The notes under the pieces: generated by a model | Databases searched by the model: none | Told to the model about the DNA's origin: nothing | The model's input: the letters and a program-made list of their open reading frames with translations, nothing else | Translations under genes and position numbers: made by a program | In this document: positions 26,921 to 32,000 of the stretch, one piece after another | Layout of the letters: every line of letters starts with the position of its first letter | Numbering within the stretch: the first letter of the stretch is position 1 | Source: Candidatus Peribacteria bacterium | GTDB taxonomy: Bacteria; Patescibacteriota; Gracilibacteria; Absconditabacterales; Absconditicoccaceae | DNA length: 32,000 nt | Direction of reading: 5' to 3' | Assembly (NCBI GenBank): GCA_023898485.1 | Contig: CP060225.1 | Coordinates: forward strand, 513,704-545,703

Positions 26921-29900
26921 CCCCCAAGCATCCATATAATTCACACTATTATTCCTCACGTAGCTATATGGATTCGGTCCATCTATATATAGTAGTGGAT
27001 CACTGGAGATGAATCTTCCCAGTCTCGGAGAGTAGTATCTCGCCCTATAATAGTAAAGATCAAGTTCTGCTTCATATTCTCTAGCGGTGTAGAGTCTGTA
27101 GTTTTCTAGTCATGGTTTGGATTCTTGCATGGATGTGTTTCCATTCTGCTGATTACCACTTGGATTACCATTCGTATTTCATGAGTTTTTACTTCATCAG
27201 AATATTATATTACCTCGGGTATCGTATCTGTAGGATTCGACTATCTTACCTTCTTGGTTAGAGAGAGCTATGATAGATCACTGATGATTTTGATAATAGT
27301 AGTACTGATTCACCTGATCATTTCTGGTGAGTTCATGGAAGACGATATCGTCTAGTCCTCTGGCTCAGTAGACATACTCTTTGGTGAAGGTTTGTCCATC
27401 ATTGCTCTCATAGGTTCGATGTTCTTGAGCAATGTTCTGTCCATCATAGACATAGGTGATGAGTCTACTTTCATTGCTTCATTGGTAGACTCTCTTACTC
27501 GTTCTACGTCATAGTGGATCATAGCTATATTCGATCTTGTAGGGGTCTTGATTTCATGGATGGCCTGCCCCGTCTTCAGCGGGGTTATCTTTCAGATTCG
27601 CTTTGATGAGTCTATTCTGATAGTCATAGGTAAATGTTCGCTTGTCGTTTTCGATAAGGTTGCCATTCTGATCGTATGCAAAACTAGTGGCTATTGCTCC
27701 TGTTGCACCTTCTGTCCCTATTGCTACTTCTTCATATTGGTTTCTGTTATTGATGTTGTAAGTGTTCTGATACTCATCTGTCACTGCACCGACACCATTA
27801 TAGTCTGGACTGATGGTGAGCCAGTCATCTTGGACTCCACTACTACTTCATCCACTTTGTCAATTTGATCCATTTCATCCTGTATCATCTCCCGTTCCTC
27901 GTCCATAGTGATTTCCATTCCCTCCATTACCTTGGTTTTGTTGGTTTCCATTGCCATTATTGTTTCCATTTGATCCACTTGGTCCATTTCAGCTATTTCA
28001 TCCACTTTGTCCATTATTCCCATTATCTGTATTGGGTACGACTGATTGCGTCGTATTTCACTGGGTATTGCTATTAGCTTTCTGATGGAGTCGATCGAGG
28101 ATAGTGATACCTGCGATGTCATTGTATTCGGTGACTCTGTTGCCTAGTCCGTCGTAGGTATAGGTCTGTACTCGATGGTTGAGGTCGGTAGATCATTGTT
28201 CGCCATTGGATCAATTGATGAGATCACCAATATTGTAGGCAGTGGTCGTGATCTGATAGATATCATCATAGTAGTACTGATCGTGACCATCAGTGAGGAT
28301 GTTATTCATCAGATCATAGGTGTAGGTGTAGCCTATCTCGGTGGTAGGTCAGCCAGTGAAGCTATCGTGACTGAGGGAGGTAGGTCTTAGGAGATCGTCA
28401 TAGATTCGTGAAGTGGTAGTATCATTGGCTCTGGTGAGAGAGGTGAGGGTGGCGCTGTCATAGAGGTAGTCGATGATACTCTCTCCTTCTCGCTGGATAT
28501 CTGTCATGCGTCCGAGGATGTCCCACTGGTTCGTAATCGTCTTGCCTGATGGGTAGATGGTGTCTTGGAGATCAGCGGTATCAGCGTAGTAGCTATGGGA
28601 GATGGTCTGAGTAGGGAGTCACTGCTCGGTGAGTCGTAAGTTAGACTGTGATTCAGAGGTGAGCCTATCCAGACTATCATACGAGAAAGTAAGATCATGT
28701 CCGAGGTCATCGGTGATCGATGTGACCCTCCCGAGTTCGTCATAGGTGTAGTGCTCCTGAGTGACTCATCCGACTCATGGACCCAGATCAATATCCTTCT
28801 GTGTGATGCGATGCATGTCATCATAAGTATATGCTACGGTCGACCCATTGGGATCGGTAGATGAGATGATATTGCTGTCTGCATCGTAGGTGTAGGTAGT
28901 GATTGCACCATCGGGGAGTGCTTGCTGTATGAGTCTATCATAGTCGTCGTAAGTCCATGTGGTGATGTTGCCATTATCATCGGTGAGAGAGATGAGATTA
29001 CTGTGGCGATCATAGGTTTTGGTAGTGACGATAGCTTGTGATCCATCATGTTGCGTTACTTGTGTGACATTGCCCCAGTAGTCATATTCGTACTCGGTAG
29101 TATTACCCTCTGCGTCCGTCATCTGGGTGATCTGACCCAGTCCATTGTAGACGTAGGAGAATGTCTGTCCCATGTGATTGGTCGTCTGGATGAGACGATG
29201 ATCGTCATCATAGGTATTGGCTATTCGGAGCATCTTACCTTCTGCTGTGGTGATGGTTTGTTTGGTGATGAGGTTGTCATCATCATATTCATAGGTCAGT
29301 ATTTTGCCGACTGCGTCGGTGATGGTCTCTGGTCTGGCAAATGCATCATAGGTCATCGTAGTCACCGCTCCTCTCTGATCGGTCATGGCGATGATCTTCC
29401 CATGTTGATCATAGGTATAGGACATGGAGAGAGTTTCGCTGGTGTTATCTACATTGACTTTGTCTACCTGTGTCAGCTGTCATCGTGCATCATAGGTGTA
29501 GTTTCGTTGCTGTAATAGTATGTAGTTAGTGGTTTGTGGTGTGTAGTTGCTTACTATCATCCTTGTTATCATGTTGCGATTATCATCGTACTCGAAGAAG
29601 GTGGTGATATCCTCAGCAGTGGTGATAGTGGCGATCATATCATCGAGTGTTCGAGTCATGGTGGTCTCATGTCCTTCTGGATCAGTGATGGAGATCAGTC
29701 TTCCTTTGGTGTCATAGTCATAGCTGTACTTGATCAACTGTCCATCTACTGTTGCAGATTTACTGGTGAGTCTCTGGAGAGAGTCATAGGTATAGTTTCG
29801 CGCGAGTCATTCAGGAAGGATGATGGATGAGAGGTTGTCATTGGGATCATACTCCATGATAGTGGTAGCTATAGTGTCTGCATCTTGGTCAGTAGAGATG

Positions 29901-32000
29901 GATGTGAGATTGTCGAGGATGTCGTAATCGAACGTAGTGTCGACATGAGCACCATCCACATCCTGGATCATACTGGTGAGGTTATGATTGTCATCATAGC
30001 TGTATGATAAGGTGATGGCTTCTGGAGTAGTGAGCCCGGTGAGTCTATCCCACTCATCATGAGTGAGTGTGGTGGTGTGACCCTCTCCATCAGTGATGGT
30101 ACGAGGATTACCAAAATCATCATACGAGATAGTCTGTGTGATCTGACTACCATCAGTACCAATCTGGGTAATAGTGAGAGGGAGATCGTATTCGTTATAG
30201 GTGTAAGTTATCTGCTGACCATAAGGGAGAGTGATGGTATCTGGTTTGTCAGAGTCAGTGTAGGAGATAGTGGTGGTACGAGCAGGGAGAGAGCTGTCTG
30301 CTGGCTGGATGGTGTACGAAGTGAGATTGTTGTGATCATCGTAGGTGTAGCTATGGTGAATATGATGGCTGTCTACTTTTTCTGTCAGGAGATTATTGCT
30401 ATCATAAGTGAAGGTTTCGGTGAGAGATTCATCACCATCGGAGATAGTGGAAGAGGTGATATTGCCTTGGTCGTCGTAAGTGTAAGACTGTGCAGAATCA
30501 TCAGGATAGGTAATCTGCGATACCTGATGTCATATACCATCATATTCATAATGATACATGATGCCTGACTGATCAGTCAGAGACAATAAACGGTAATATG
30601 CATCATACACATGAGTTGCTGTCTGACCGCGTCTATCAGTGATATCTACCTGTAGATTACCATCAGCAAGATCGGTATATGTATAAGAAAGTATCTGATC
30701 ACCATAGGCCTGTTGGATAACACGGTCATGAGCATCATATGTGTTGTCCACATAGATATTGTCTTTGTTATCATCAATAGTTGCTAGCTGATGCGAAAGA
30801 AGATGGTTGACTACACGCTCACCTGTCACGCTATCATAACGTACATCACTATTATAAGTGAGATTGATGGTCTGATTTTGATTTTCATGATTGACCACAA
30901 ATGATGCAATATCTCCCAATACGCCATCACTGTCCTGATCACCGTAATAGGTAATATCTACTGAGCGACCATTGGCATGAGCAATGTGTGTGAGTCTCTT
31001 CTCAGGATATGATGGGTTGAGCTCTTCGTATGAGAAAATGATATTGCGTCCATGAGGATCAGTGATAGTGGTGAGATATCCCTCATCATCGTAGCTAAGA
31101 GCATAATCAGCATTATGTATGGTATAGCGAACCATTCTCCATGGCACTATATCTTCGCCCTGAGATGCAAATACTTGATAGGCGTTGGCACCTACAATAT
31201 GTAAGATGTATTCATCTCCTGATTGGGAAATCTCCATATCAGACGCATTAGTCCATTTGTCTCCCTCTTGGACGAATTTATACACATGGAGGTATCCATC
31301 ATAATAGGTGATAGTAGACCCATCGATAGTGAGATATTGATTCCAATTATGATCTCGATTTCGTCACATGATACCGTTGTATGATGCTTGATTATCATAG
31401 GTGACTACCAATTGAAAATCTTCACCCTCCGTCGGCTCATCCATGAGTGTATTGGACCAGACCATTGCACCTCTTGCAAGATCGACAGGATCACCACTAT
31501 TCTGTGTCACCTCTGTTTGAGCTTGTATGCCTCCATAGTATTCTACTATACTATTGGTATAATCAACCTGCGGATTATAGATATAAGAAGTCAGATTGAT
31601 ATTATTACTCATCTGTTCATGCTGTATCACAGGTTCTTCTTCGGTGGGAAGATTGATGCTACCATCAGGATTAGTAGTAGGATCCCATGCAGCAGGACGA
31701 GGACAATAATTATTATCTACAATAATTTTTAACTTATAGTTTCTCACCTTCACCACACAACCAGGATCAATATATTGTGATGCTGTCATTTCATTATGCG
31801 TACATTGTCCATCCCATCGTGCTATTCCTCATGGACATTGAGAAACATCAGATGTGGGACATACAAATCATGCATAATCACCATCTGTCGGCTGATACCA
31901 GTCTGCCAAATCTTCTGCAGTAGCATAGGGATCATCAAGCACTGACGCATAGACAGGACATATTTCTAGATAGGTAGGTCACTCTTCATAATATGCTCAT
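26285..32000 (-). CDS. Rhs/YD-repeat polymorphic toxin, 5'-partial (>1,900 aa in window), with C-terminal Amidase_2/PGRP-like domain
   Basis: Track ORFs 31364-31789, 30530-31285, 29480-29737, 28775-29425 and 27554-27784 are all in the frame of stop TAG 26285-26287. I read the gaps 31286-31363, 29738-30529, 29426-29479, 27785-28774 and 26921-27553 codon by codon and they contain TGA but no TAA/TAG. The Rhs shell entry motif GDPVDLARGAMVWSNTLMD is near 31440-31495. Dozens of YD repeats follow (YTYDxxGR/N...). The core ends ...LYYYRARYYSPRLGRFISSDPLLYIDGPNPYSYVRNNSVNYMDAWGL. The frame is still open at 32000. Confidence 0.9.
26921..27168. repeat. Rhs-core repeat A, main-gene copy (pairs with 25286-25533)
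   Basis: See the 25286-25533 feature. The copies diverge exactly at the DPWGL/DAWGL boundary on one side and at NPSGN on the other. Confidence 0.85.
27329..27658. repeat. Rhs-core repeat B, main-gene copy (pairs with 23905-24213)
   Basis: See the 23905-24213 feature. Confidence 0.75.
27836..28069 (-). repeat. Gly/Asn/Ser/Gln low-complexity insert inside the rhs coding frame
   Basis: The rhs frame reads NTQGNTTQSVVPNTDNGNNGQSGGNSGNGPSGSNGNNNGNGNQQNQGNGGNGNHYGRGTGDDTGGNGSNGQSGGSSSGVQDDW. Six TGA codons sit among GGA/GGT/GGC/GGG glycine codons. Confidence 0.8.

Noticed and set aside
27781-28122. 113-aa acidic ORF (…MDQVDQMETIMAMETNKTKVMEGMEITMDEEREMIQDEMDQIDKVDE…) that could be taken for a separate small gene
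   Set aside because: It is an off-frame reading of the Gly/Asn-rich tract inside the continuous rhs frame. The rhs frame is supported by YD repeats on both sides.
28175-30568. Plus-strand ORFs 28175-28390, 29048-29515, 29534-29830 and 30059-30568
   Set aside because: They are antisense shadows of the YD-repeat coding frame. Repetitive GAT/GGT/GTA-rich codons keep the opposite strand open. They carry no protein-like motifs.
1-32000. Reading the many in-frame TGA codons as real stops, which would imply massive pseudogenisation or a poor assembly
   Set aside because: The fragments are always in the same frame and are never separated by TAA/TAG. TGA falls on conserved Gly positions in essential genes (secA, grpE, yigZ motifs). 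Genes still end in TAA or TAG. Recoding explains everything with one assumption.
1-32000. Genetic code 4 (TGA=Trp, as in Mycoplasma/Spiroplasma)
   Set aside because: The conserved positions hit by TGA are Gly: RYFGG..GGL, GLHQ, GLxQxMP, the Nudix-box G, and a lipobox L-S-G-C. TGA is also embedded in Gly-rich low-complexity tracts. Trp would break all of these. The only Trp-like column is in the IS30 transposase and is reported as a separate finding.
1-32000. CRISPR arrays, rRNA or tRNA genes
   Set aside because: I saw no regularly spaced direct repeats, no rRNA-like conserved blocks and no cloverleaf or T-loop (GTTCGAATC-type) signatures on either strand. Absence is by eye only and should be confirmed with tRNAscan-SE, Infernal and a CRISPR finder.

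Overview
AT-rich bacterial window that is only coherent if TGA is read as a sense codon, and the conserved positions point to Gly (NCBI table 25, used by Gracilibacteria/Absconditabacteria of the Candidate Phyla Radiation). The supplied standard-code ORF track therefore fragments nearly every gene. The listed pieces of secA, an ABC-F ATPase, a PKD surface protein and a >1,900-aa Rhs protein are each collinear in one frame and separated only by TGA; I checked the gaps codon by codon for TAA/TAG where stated. After manual re-translation the window holds three groups. (1) Housekeeping genes: pepF-like peptidase, nucleoside hydrolase, yigZ, grpE, Nudix, secA, ABC-F, rluA-like, secF. (2) An envelope and mobile section: an SLT lytic transglycosylase and two VirB2/TrbC-like pilin genes (one a triple-hairpin fusion), a degenerate PriA-like gene, a RelE/RHH toxin-antitoxin pair bracketed by an 18-bp direct repeat next to an IS30-family element, a large PKD-domain membrane protein, a membrane HEXXH peptidase and a truD relic. 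(3) The most interesting region is 23.8-32 kb on the minus strand, an Rhs/YD-repeat polymorphic-toxin locus. It contains a main rhs whose post-DAWGL tip looks like an Amidase_2/PGRP-type peptidoglycan amidase, and a lipoprotein immunity candidate whose lipobox Gly is a TGA codon. It also contains an orphan rhs-CT carrying a type-44-like toxin domain interrupted by a +1 frameshift, a small membrane-anchored immunity candidate, and a truncated rhs core remnant. No rRNA, tRNA or CRISPR array was recognised. All domain calls come from motif recognition by eye and need HMM/BLAST confirmation with table 25.
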